A DNA stretch of 64,000 nt, from contig JALDTO010000208.1 of NCBI GenBank assembly GCA_023515725.1, positions 840,534 to 904,533 on the forward strand. Reading direction: 5' to 3'. The notes under the pieces were generated by a model. It saw nothing but the letters and a program-made list of their open reading frames with translations. It was not told where the DNA came from and did not search any database. A program made the position numbers and the translations under genes. The DNA comes from Amoeboaphelidium protococcarum X5 (lineage: Eukaryota > Fungi > Aphelidiomycota). The first letter of the stretch is position 1. Each line of letters starts with the position of its first letter. Shown piece after piece: positions 27,145 to 38,840 of this stretch.

Positions 27145-28164
27145 TCACATAGTTGGTAGGAAATCCAAAGTATCTGTAGATTACTCAGGCTCTACAAACT
27201 CGCCCAAATCGTGAGAAGATTGATGAGGAGTGGTGGTAGGTGAGGAGAGATACGCGTTCAGAATAATGTGATGTATAATGCGGTAAATCTTCATCAAATC
27301 TTCTCTTTCAAGGCCAGAGTCTGAACGATTCAAAACGAACAAGTCAGATTCATATAGTAAGCCATCATTGTCAATGTGAATAAACTTCCATAAAGTAGCA
27401 TTAGAGCAGATACCCCACACACGAGGGTTTACTTTGCTGGCGTCTTTTCTATTCTTGTAGATGGCAGCCGCTTCTGCTACACACTACTGCACAGATTCCT
27501 CAGGAAACTCCTTTCTAGCTTAATGAACTACAAGGTGACAATCCTGAGGTAACGATGCCAGGCTCTTAATGGGACCACCTCCTTTATGTCCAATGACATA
27601 ATCAACGTATCCCTGTAGAGACAGATTCAAATCATAATTGCGAGTCGCTACCTTCTAATCGCAAAACACATGAAGTCCTTAGAACTCTGAGCGCGAAACA
27701 ATGTCAGTCAGAAACAGATCGATCACAGTACGGCGCGCAGCCTCTGAGTTCTGCACAAATACACGACAATTTCTGTCCAGCATGGCAAAGAATTCATCAG
27801 ATGGCTCAACTTCTTCATTCAAATTTGCAGGTATCGTGAGCTTTCGATTCGCAGTATCAATTCCAGTTATCTCAACGATGTTATGGTACTAGGCACTGCT
27901 AAATGATACCACTTTAGGTTTTTTCTGACTGGTACTGAGCTAGAAATTCTGAAGCTGCCTAATTAAATCTTCTCTTTAAGCTATCAACTACGCCACATTG
28001 AGCTAAGATTTCAGCAAAAGTTCTGCAAAGTTTTTTAAGATGTCATCCGACATATTTCCCTGTTGCCCCTACAGCAGCATAACACCATATGAAGATGTTT
28101 AACTTTATGCCTCAGCAATATTGCGGTTAATCTGATTTAGTTAATATGTAATCGTATCTTCCAT
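27145..28164 (-). CDS. Hypothetical protein with fungal CRN/PD-(D/E)XK-like C-terminal domain
   Basis: NSEAARRTVIDLFL, LQGYVDYVIG, LVVHQARKE, QCVAEAAAI, VWGICSNATLWKFIHIDNDG. Confidence 0.55.
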
Positions 28165-28362
28165 TGGCACAGTAATTTTATTGATTAGCGTTACTATTGA
28201 AAGAGGCTAAAGATCGCGTCACTAGAAAAACACAAGCAAGCGCTTCATCCAATCCGGAAACGCGCTGGAATTGACAATGAAAGCTGAAAAAATAAACGCA
28301 ATCAATATAAATTAACCGTATTACAACATCATTAGTTTCATAAGATTTCAATAAAATGGAGC

Positions 28363-29643
28363 TCATACTAGCATCTGCATCAGACCAGTAATACCGACAG
28401 CGCCCAAAGCACCCATTGCGTACTTGTTAGCTCCAGTAGCACCTCCATCGGTTGCCTTTAACTCAAGCTGACCACCATAAGACTTGGAAGCCACACCGGT
28501 GCGGACAAACTTTACAGACAATGGCTTCATACACTTACCAGGAGCCTTTGTGGATCCATCGCCAACATTGGTGCTATTAGAACCAGAGGTGCCATTGGTG
28601 GTAGTATTGGTGGAGTTGCTCATGTCCTTCAAACCGCGCTTTACCAAATACGATCCATTGTTGACTGGAGCCTTAGTAGGGTGAACAGGAGCCTTTGATG
28701 TAGCAGTGGAGTTGATAGGATGAGTAACATTGCTGCCACCATAAGATCCATTCTTCACATCCTTATTACCATAATCACCTCCCTTATCACCATGAGAGTA
28801 TCCAGAGTCTTCTGAGCACTTGTCCATCATGGTACACAGCTCAGGCTGATCACCAGTGACAGCACCAACCATCTCTCCCTTACAGCCGTAATCAGAGTAG
28901 AAGGCGAGAGTGAACGCGTCAGTCTGAGTAGATGGGTTAGCAATTGGATCAGCACCAGGGAAGGCAACATTCTTCACACTGCTAACATGTACTCCACTGA
29001 GGCCACGACATTCGTCAAAGGTACCATCAACCCAGTGCTTGATTCCCTTGTAATCAGCCTCTTCAAACAACACGGCGGACCACTGCTTAGAAGCAGGCAC
29101 AGCAGGTGCAGAAGGCTTCTCAAACCAACAGTCAGAGGTTGGAGGAGCAGGAGCTACAGGGTGCTAAACCGGTGCAGGAGTATAGTTGCCAGCTGGTGGT
29201 TAAGGTACGTAAGGAGCTGGAGTTGATACATTAACAGCAGGAGCTGGATGTGTAGGAGCAGGTACATGAGGAGCTGGGGCAGGTTGTGCAGGAGCAGGAG
29301 CGATTGGACATGGGACACTAGTCGCATTCAAAGGTACAACGCGACACGAGCGATGCAAGTACTTATCACCAATGGTACCAGGCTTCTCGACAACATGCTT
29401 CTCACCAGCACAGCCAAAATCGTAGTAAAACTCCATCTTGTACTGGTTGTGATCAAACTCAGCCTTTTCATACTTCTTCTCACCCATGGAGAAGCAGCCG
29501 GTATAAGTGTTTGCGCTACTGTAATCCATGCGGATTTTACGCGGAGGATGAGAGTCAGTCTTCTTAGGGATCAGCGTGCAGTCTTCAGCATTAGCAAAGG
29601 CAGCGAGAGTAACGAGGGCAGATACGACAGATAAGTATTTCAT
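28363..29643 (-). CDS. Secreted Pro/Ala-rich, probably GPI-anchored surface protein with Cys-containing, crystallin-like modules
   Basis: Signal peptide MKYLSVVSALVTLAAFANA; PAP repeats; VLFEEADYKG..C..VSSVK; hydrophobic C-terminus. The two supplied ORFs join when TAR=Gln (426 aa). Confidence 0.75.
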
Positions 29644-30141
29644 TTTAATTTTCGTGTTAGATTAGATTAATTTCAAAAACCAGAGGTATTGATTATAAGA
29701 AAAGAAAAAGTAGAAAGACTCCATCCATCCAAAGACGTTAAACACAATCTTGATCGAAATGTGTACCAATCCCCCATCGGCTAATCAGCGTATAGTTAAA
29801 GTGCTACCAAAGTCGCGTGATTCCAGGATTTTGAAGGCTTCTGTTACACTTAATATCGGTGGTAGCCAATAAAAAAAGGCAGGCACGTTACACCAGCACA
29901 CCAGAATTTGACTTTGTACGAGGTCTTATGACGGCTGTTGGAGGAAGATAGCAAAATGCACCATGTAAATACCAAATCTTGGAGATAGGCCATAATCACC
30001 ATGAACATTGTGGTAATCTCGTGCAGCATTGCTGTCATAACGATTTGAAGAACCAAAAACAATTGCGGTGCAGCCAGATCATGTATGACGTTACATTCTC
30101 CAATAGTTACCGTATTTACAGCCACAATGAAATTTGTATAG

Positions 30142-30412
30142 GTAATTGCACTCGTCAGAGTGCGATTGCCGGAAAATTCCATTGTTGCGCCACCTTTTTC
30201 TGAAACAACAATGACACGAACGAAGTGAGTGTTGTTGTTGTCAATTATATTGCACGAACGAAGTGAGGGTAATTAGAACAATGTAATTTCACGAGCTTGT
30301 GAGGGATATTACATTCAGCAAATTAATACGAATGTGTGAGTATTAATTGAACTTAATGCGCAACAATGATTTTGATTTTCCGCTATCGCACATCTTCTGA
30401 CAGTGCAATTAC
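30142..30412. mobile_element. Non-coding MITE-like foldback element with ~50-bp imperfect TIRs and four internal hairpins
   Basis: 30142-30190 aligns to the reverse complement of 30358-30412 (GTAATTGCACT..GTCAGA..GTGCGAT..GGAAAAT..CATTGTTGCGC). Hairpins at 30206-30240, 30249-30273, 30280-30315 and 30321-30348. Confidence 0.75.
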
Positions 30413-31933
30413 GAGTTAATTGCAGACTCAATGGCGTGTAAAATGCACACGGAATTTTGAAGGGAATGGAAACATTGTTTTGAATTTAATTATGTCAACC
30501 TGTAAAGGATTATGTTAATAGTTCCCTAGATTGCATGCTTATCCATCGCCCTGAAGTTTGATTGACGCGACTTGTCTCCACTTTATTCATCATCTACCAT
30601 TACTTCCCTTTACTAAACACAGCAATGCAATATACATAGCTCGAATTTCTAAAATTATGTGCTAAGTAGAATAAATAACAAAAAGTCTCAACGTATTGAA
30701 GTATCTGGTGAAGGTACTCAGCGCTATAATGATTAGGTTTCTCTTGGCCATCATTCAGACGATTATGATTGAAATACTGCAACCGAATCTATCTGACAAA
30801 AGTCTCTATATACGTTAGATTTATCACATCGTTACTTTACCCAAATCTGTAAGTCGGAGACAGATAAAGAGCAGGTGTCTGTTGAGGACGCGTTTGCAAT
30901 CTCCAAAGCATTATGTGCATCGTATTATTACTTCATCATTATACAGCGATTTTCTAAAATCCTGCTGCTAGAGGGACGTAAACGAAATCAGAAATACAGT
31001 ATGTTGTGTCCTAGAATGTCTATGGAACTTCTGCTAACATTAACAGCACATTCACGTCACATTATACTTTATACAGCAATTTTATATTAAGGGGATGAAT
31101 AACATCATGAAACAAGGCGCGTACATTTCAAAGAGGAATGAATAACTAAATCCTTGGACTAATCCTGATCTGTAAATCTTAGATGTCTAGTTTATAAATG
31201 TCTTCGAACTGGCTCTTCTTTTTACTCATATTGTTATAAAATGCTTCATGAAGAAAGAAGAGTTAAAGAGTATCTTCAACATCAAGTTCGTTTCAGATTA
31301 GAGATGTCGTTTCAGAGTCAACTATCCGTTTCAGAAAAGAGTGGAATTCACGAAAAATTCTCGTGCATTTTACACGCGAGAATGCAATTATAATATGAAG
31401 TTACCGGAGTTACTTTGCAAACACTTTCTTACACTGATGTTGCGTGAGAGCACTTAAGCTGATGTTGCTCCATAAATTAAAGAAGTAAACCCCTTATTGC
31501 TCACGTAAATAATATTCTATTGAAGATTAGTTTGACTCTGTCAATACCGATGTTTCAGCTTGATCACTCAATTCACTCAGCTAGATTCTAACTCCAATCC
31601 AGGCGGGACGTAAATCGGCGGATACAGTGGCTCTACTTGAAATTTTTCTGCATAAATCTTTATCAACTAAAATCTCAACTTTAATACTTCTTTAAGTCGC
31701 GTGTATGCATCATTGACATTCTCTAATGTTAAACGCACAATAGAATTTGCCCAATAATCACTATTGTTCATAGTTTACCAGTCATTCGCTCCGCGTGTCG
31801 GTCGATTCTTCATCATCAGTCTCAAACGAAAATCTTGTAAAGTGCGCGCCAATAAAGTCGCTTCGTCGCTTCTTCCCTTTGATAGAGTGAAAAAAGACAA
31901 GATCTTATAAACGAACCACAATAATATCACGAA

Positions 31934-32509
31934 ATGATTAGGAATTTAACACGAACGCGCTAATTAGTGACGAGAGTAAGAGTTGGCGTTAGATTTGCAT
32001 CTCAGGCTTCTGCTACAGCACAGAAAGTACCCGTGACTGAAGACGCTCTGAAGCCGGCATCACTTGAGAGTCCTCCATCAGAACGCGTTCAGGATATTGC
32101 ATCATAGATTACGCGTCTTTCACTCCTGGAGACTAGTCAGTTGGTCGCAGTGCTCAAATCATAATTGGGAATCACTGATGCAATGATGGCTGTCCCTGCG
32201 GCTGGATCAGCGAATGTGTAATAACAAGCTGGTGCTGCAGCCTCAGGCGGTGATGCTGATTAGAAGGCTGCCTAACCAGAAGCTCCAAAGAAGACTAAAT
32301 TCTCGCTGAAATTGGTCAAGATTGATGCTGCGCAAAAGGCCAAAGTCATCAGGGAGATTAAGAATTTGATTCCGAATATCAATCTGGTGGAGGCCAAGAA
32401 GTTTGTCGAGTCGGCACCTAAAGTTGTACGTGAAAATATTAGCAAAGAAGATTGCGATAAGATCAAGGCCGCCTTGGAAGCTGTTGGTGCCACTGTTGAG
32501 GTTGAGTGA
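31934..32509 (+). CDS. MRPL12: Mitochondrial ribosomal protein bL12m (L7/L12)
   Basis: Presequence, LSLLETSQLV, KAKVIREIKNLIPNINLVEAKKFVESAPKVV. Confidence 0.93.
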
Positions 32510-32742
32510 TTTAGAACTACTTGAGATAAAGACGGATACCATGATTCAATGATAACCATCTGATTTGATTAGAATTATCGCTTTTAATAGTGTCATTGAA
32601 ATTTCCACATTATCGATTACTATTACTGTACGTCCACCGAAAAAGCAAGTCTCTTTAAAGAAAGTTCATTCATATCATATACCCAAACCAAATCACTATA
32701 TACTCCACCCAATTATAAAGTGATAGACACAAAGTCAATCAA

Positions 32743-33488
32743 TCAATCATCACCTTGAGCATTCCAATCCTTCTTAATCTAAAAGATCCAGTCCCATTCC
32801 AAATGCACATTGCCATCGTCATCGATAAACTTGCTCTTGACATTGTAAGTACCTCTAGCCAGCATACCAGAAGGTGCCTGCTCAGTCTAAAACTTCTTCT
32901 CATACGGCTGTGGATTAGGTGCATATGAGCCAATCATCTCCTCAGCCTTGTCCACACGGATACCTTTTCTCTTCACCACATGCAGATACTTGAGGCCGGA
33001 GATGACATCATTCTGCACTCGAAACTTGACCTTAATACGGTACTCAATTCCCTCCTTGATGATAATAGGCTGGCTCTTGCTCTTTTCAATAGCATCTACA
33101 TTAATAAGTATTAATAGTACATACATGAGTAATCATTACAAAACTGAAATGTCTTACCTGGAGTGGACAAATCCAGGACAACATCAGGTCTTCCCTCAGT
33201 CTCCATAGCCAATGCCTGGACAACAACTCTTCTTGGATCATCCGTCTTTGCTACATACTTGAATCAAATATTTAAGAGATAATAACCGAGGTTATAGAAT
33301 ACAAAAAATCAAGAGATAAACTTACCGGTTTGAGCATTCTTCAATAGAGACTCCTTCCACTTGTTAAGAGACTCATCATTCTGGTCCAAGTTCTTCAACT
33401 CCTCTACAGTCTTCTTGGCAGGAGCCTTGTAGCCCTCAGTCTGAGTAGGGGCCAAATCGTCCTCAACTTTCGGATTGTTATCAGCCAT
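32743..33488 (-). CDS. RDI1: Rho GDP-dissociation inhibitor (two introns)
   Basis: [68 protein letters not shown]. Confidence 0.95.
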
Positions 33489-34119
33489 ACTATTATTACT
33501 AGATTTAATTTTTGACTTGTAGTTACTACTAGTGACTAATGGAGAGAAGGACAAAACTAACAATCAAAAACAATTTTGAAGCAAAGTCTTACCGTTTTAA
33601 AGCGGGCGACTGAAGTCAGACGAGTGGCCGTCTCACTTTCTGACTGAAGATGTTCTCTTCTTCTTTATGAGGAATTGTGTGAAACAGAATAACGACGCAC
33701 ACCGGATACAGTAAAAAAGATTTTACGGGCGTAGGCCTTATCATGTAGCGAGAAATCGGGCGGCGGTCGCATTTTAAGCCTTATTATTGATCTTTATAGT
33801 CAAGTAATTATTTCTGTTTACTACTGCTTGTAAAGTTTTATGAAACGTTTTTAAAGTAAGATTTCACTTTAAATTACAGCACGTGCATTGATATCCTGAA
33901 TCTAAGATTCGTATATCAATGATATCACCACCCGAATGTAATTGAATGTCGATCTCCCCGGTCCCTGTTGCTTTCTCAAATCTCTCGTTCGCTCTTTCTC
34001 TCGTTCTCTGAGCTTTTCGTTCTGTCCCTCCTCCCATTCCTTTCTTGCCCAAGTGCTCCTCTTTTTTATAAAATACGCGATATTTATCAACTGTATATTT
34101 AGAGACAGTATTTTACTAT

Positions 34120-36248
34120 ATGGCGAATAGGAAATTACAAGGTATTTTATCATTGCCTTCTAATGAATATGATTATAATGTATATACTGTGTAGTTGAGA
34201 TTGATCGAGTGTTCAAAAAGATCAGTGAAGGTGTGGAGCTATTTGAGGATACGATGGAGAAGCTCCATGCTGCCACCTCATCTTCTTAGAAGGAGAAATT
34301 TGAAGGAGAGTTGAAGAAGGAAATTAAGAAATTGCAGCGATTGAGAGATCAAGTCAAGACATGGCTCACCTCGGGTGATATTAAGGACAAGAGGGCCTTG
34401 CTTGAGAACAGGAAGCTTATAGAGGTGTAGATGGAGAAGTTTAAAGTGACGGAAAGGGAGATGAAAACCAAATAGTATTCCAAAGAGGGTCTTTCGGCTA
34501 AAGAGAAATTGGATCCACATGAGGTTGCCAAGATGGATATGTCTAACTGGATTACGGCTTCTATTGATAAGTTGAACACCTAGATTGATGCCTTTGAGGC
34601 TGAGTAAGAGGCTATTTATGCTGGGAAAGGGAAGAAGATGTCAAAGGCTGACAGTGAGAGGCTCAAAGAAGTTGATGGTCACATTTAGGCTCACAAATTC
34701 CATATTGGCAAGTTGGAGACTATTCTGCGTCTATTCGAGAATGAGAATCTCTCCCTTGAAGATATTGAAGGTGTAAAGGACAGTGTGGATTATTATGTCG
34801 AATCTAATCAAGATCCCGATTTTATGGATGATGACGAAATTTATGATCATTTGAATCTGTTGGAGGATGAAGTATACGGTGTGTTGGAGGAACATAATGT
34901 CGGTGGAGGATCTTCGCAGTCTGTGAATTAGTCTCGCGATTCTTTAACTCAGGATAATGATGAACAGTCGGCACAGGTGGAGGAGTAGAGCAAGTCATCT
35001 AATACCTAATCAGGTGGTAAGAAGAAGGACGATGATAGTGGTGTGGTTGGCAAGGCGTCAACGTAGAAAGCTTAGAAGAATGTCAGTGCGACTACTACCT
35101 CAACAAAGAGTGGTAAAAGTTCTGCCAAGACTTCATTGTCTAACCAAGCTGCTCCAGCTGCCGCATCTTTGGTCAGTTCTGGTGTACCGGCACCAAGTGG
35201 TAACAAAGCCCCACCTGCTGTTGTATCTGTAGTTAAGAAATACTCCAATGTTGCCAACGACAAGAAATCTGTACCTGCTTCAGTTATTCCATCCACTAGT
35301 GCTGATTCTTAGAAAAGTTCATCTTTACCTGGTGCATAATCCGTGTCAACTTATTAAAATTAAGAGGAGGTCAAGACTGGTCCGTCAGTGTAATCTAATG
35401 TTCCACCTGCACCTATTTCATTTTCTCATATTGTTGCATCTGCACTGTCAAAACAGGAAGATACTGCTACGTAGACATAGTCATAGTAGCAATAATATCC
35501 GGGTAAATCTATGTAATAAGAAGTTTCTAAAGGGAATGATGACAGACAATTGGATTAATTTTAATAGTCTCCATCTGCTGCGGTGTAAAAGAATTAGGAT
35601 GTTCATTCCAGAGCAAAGGTTTTCCATTCGTAATAGTTTCCGGCTGAGTTTAGAGATCTTGCCTAGTCAACGGAAATGTCTTGGCTCAAAACTTATGGAC
35701 GTGGAGATGAGGTGCTCAAGAATTAGAGTCTTCTTCTGGAGTTATAGTACAGTCTTGACAGATGCCCAGAGTTGGTGGAAGAAGCTTGTGGAGTGGACGA
35801 TCCATTCTCTGGTGTATCTCTGGAGTAGACCATATCGATACCGGCTGTAAATGCCGCAGATTACGAAGAGGTGCTTAGTGCATTTCCATCGGATTGTATT
35901 CTACCTCAAGATTTACCAACGCTGTATGAGAAGGTGGAATTGGATACCTTGTTCTTTATATTCTATCACATGCAAGGAAGTACGCAGTAGTATTTAGCCG
36001 CTAAAGAGTTGAAGAAGTAATCTTGGCGATTTCACAAGAAGTATTTCACCTGGTTCCAGAGACATGAAGAGCCGCGTGCTATTACAGATGAATATGAGCA
36101 GGGCAGTTATATCTACTTTGATTATGAGGGATCGTGGTGTTAGCGGAAGAAGTTGGATTTCACTTTCGAATACAGATACTTGGAGGATGATGGTCAGATG
36201 TCGTCGTCTGCTTTACAATAACAATAGTAGTCACTTTCAGCTATGTGA
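34120..36248 (+). CDS. NOT3: CCR4-NOT subunit Not3/Not5 (CNOT3); intron ~34142-34194
   Basis: MANRKLQ|[27 protein letters not shown]; C-terminal NOT box [37 protein letters not shown]. Confidence 0.96.
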
Positions 36249-37554
36249 AACATGTTATGGATATGGTATAAACTTTAGATTATGTCTACAGTATGTGCGT
36301 GCGTGTGTCTGTGTATTAATTGGTATTTTAAATAGACTGAAATTGAATATCAACATGGCCAGTGATTATTTTTCTGCATTACACTCTTGAGCCTGCCGCA
36401 CTCATGTACATCGTTCATAAATCCATGAGCAGTGTCAGTCTATTAGTTTTTTATCCAGCGGATTGCAGAACTATTCATCGAAATAACTTTGATTTTCGCA
36501 TGTATCTTTACGCGTCTCAGTCCCATGAGAGCCACCGCAGATACTGTTAATTAGGCCTAGATTTCCTCTTTGACAAAGTGCATGGCACCGTGGGGCCATG
36601 CTTGAGCTTTGGATTTATCCAAAGTACATTTATTTGTCGTAAAAAGCTGCATAAAGAGTGAAACTAGTTTTAATTTAAATGGGGCAGCATATACAACTGC
36701 AAGAGTGAATGATGTACTAAAGAGGTGTAGAAATGTGAAATCTGGCGTTGAACTTAAAACTGTAATAGCTGTGGGTGTATCGTATTGATAATTTCAACTT
36801 ATCGTATCCCAAACGCTTAAGTCGATGGAACGGGTGTCTTTACATTGCAATGTACTCTTCACAGCCAGAAAATTGTACCTTTACATCTAAATATTCAATC
36901 GATAGCGTCTGTTGTGAATCTATATTCAAAATTAATTTTCCGATACATGTCTATGATGTATGGTTATCTTGTGTTAAACATAAAGGCGAATCCGCCTTGA
37001 ATGATCAGCGAACGGAGTTTGATCCTGATTTGCATAAGCTCGTTATTCTAGCTTAAATTTAGCGGCTACTGTTTAGCGAAAGCTCTATACGCATTTCAAG
37101 CAGTCGTCGCTCTTCTCATTCATATACGAGTTGAAACTATTGTAAATATGCTTGGTTGTTATAACTCATATCCACTACTCTTTTTAACTTAATCTTAACA
37201 GCTACAATATATATTGCGTAAGTGCCAAGAGAAGTTGACTCTAGTTGAAGTGACATTCGGTGCCATAACGAGCCCTCAACTTATGCTGTATTCCGTTACT
37301 GGATTGATCAACTACGCCACATCAAATTGACAGGATCTGACACGCGAGGAAAAAGAACATTTTATGGGCCTCAGGGAAAGGTCCGCGATCTAACCTCGTG
37401 GTTTGTGTTAACAGACATCCTTAATTCTTCGTAGTACTTTGGATAAATCCAAAGAACAATCAGCCGAAACATCACGATTTCGCTTATACTGTGAAAAATC
37501 AATTTGGTAACCGCAATAAATAACAATTAATAAATTGATCTATATATTCCCATG

Positions 37555-38373
37555 TCAATTCTCCTTTTTAAACTCAATTTCAAATGCTGAACTCATTTCC
37601 TACGCGCGATTACGCTCAAACTCCCCTAGCAATTAACGCACGAAATGTATCTTATTTTTTGCTGCTTAGATTCTTGGAAACTAAATTTCACAAAACTTGG
37701 CAAATTCCATGCACTTTTTAGACGGATTTACATATGCACCAATGTTATCGCAAATATACAAATAGATGGGCGTGGACATTGGAACAATTTCGTCATACCA
37801 AGAGTCTTTGATTGCTCTCTCTTAAATCACATAAAAATAAGCCAAATTGATCACAACCCGTCGGCTCAGCAAAAGCTAGATAAAACGCTTCAAGACATCA
37901 TGTCCAAGTCTCTCAGTGAACTAATTTTCGAAATTCGTATAACCCATTAGAGCGTTAATGCCCGATGCATCACAATTGAAAGCAGGATTCGCAATAATGT
38001 TTTACATATAGATTGCAACGTCTCTATAATGTTTCTTTTCCATGACAGACACCAACGTTTGACATGATAATGGGAAAGGCACGAAAGATAACAAATCAGG
38101 CCACTGATGCTCATATACGTATCCCATAAACTCATTAAGTTGCACTGCGTCTGGCTCTCTGATATCATCAGCGTGATTTTAAAGCAAATACTTGACGGCT
38201 TTCTTGTTCTTCTCTGCAGCATAAAGCAGCAAAGACGAGAAGGGACTCATATTTTAGTGGAAATCGTAGGTGGCCGGTAGTTTTGAATATAAAAAACGGC
38301 CGAAGCAGTCGCCAAATAAGCAGCCAGAATGCACGACGGATACCAGAATTACTAGTGCTAATATCAATCTCAT
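37555..38373 (-). CDS. Secreted hypothetical protein (272 aa), possible degenerate ankyrin-like repeat
   Basis: Signal peptide MRLILALVILVSVVHSG; uninterrupted frame with TAR=Gln; LLLYAAEKNKKAVKYLLQNHAD. Confidence 0.6.
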
Positions 38374-38840
38374 GATGATCCAGTATCTTGCAGATTTAGA
38401 GGGAAAGATTGCAAACGGGGTGCGCAGATTCTGTTTTGTGATTTTGAGGGGTTTAAGGAGTTGTCGCGAGCAACAGAAGACTACTCGAGGAAGTTCAAGG
38501 TAGATCACCATGCTTGAGCATTAGTTATATCAAAATTTAAACTTTTACTGGGACGAATGGTAAAAGAATATCGATGGTGATTGCTTAGTTGTGTCGATGT
38601 CAAATTATGTGGTGATGAACAATCAGCGAGCGATCAACAAGGCCATGCTGCTACTGATTTGGTTGGGACCGGTAGATTTACAATGAATCTGGCTGTTGGT
38701 TCTCGTAGGAACCGACATTGATAAAAAAGAACGACCGATGTAAAATTTAAAGCGAGTCGCAGCATAACGTGAATTTCTTTAAACTACCTATCATGGTGGA
38801 AATATTAAATCGCATCCGGCTGGTCGATTTTTCAAAAACT

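Noticed and set aside
30206-30348. CRISPR-like array (repeat CACGAACGAAGTGAG at ~37-bp period)
   Set aside because: The repeats are only 14-15 bp and degenerate, the spacers are the hairpin stems themselves, no cas genes are present, and the context is eukaryotic.
33614-33645. Hairpin AGTCAGA...TCTGACT in the RDI1-NOT3 divergent promoter
   Set aside because: It is isolated, with no snoRNA boxes or other ncRNA hallmarks I can support.
36580-36601. GC-rich hairpin GCATGGC..GCCATGC as a Helitron 3' end
   Set aside because: The nearest CTAG has atypical spacing and flank, and there is no 5' TC end or Rep/helicase evidence.
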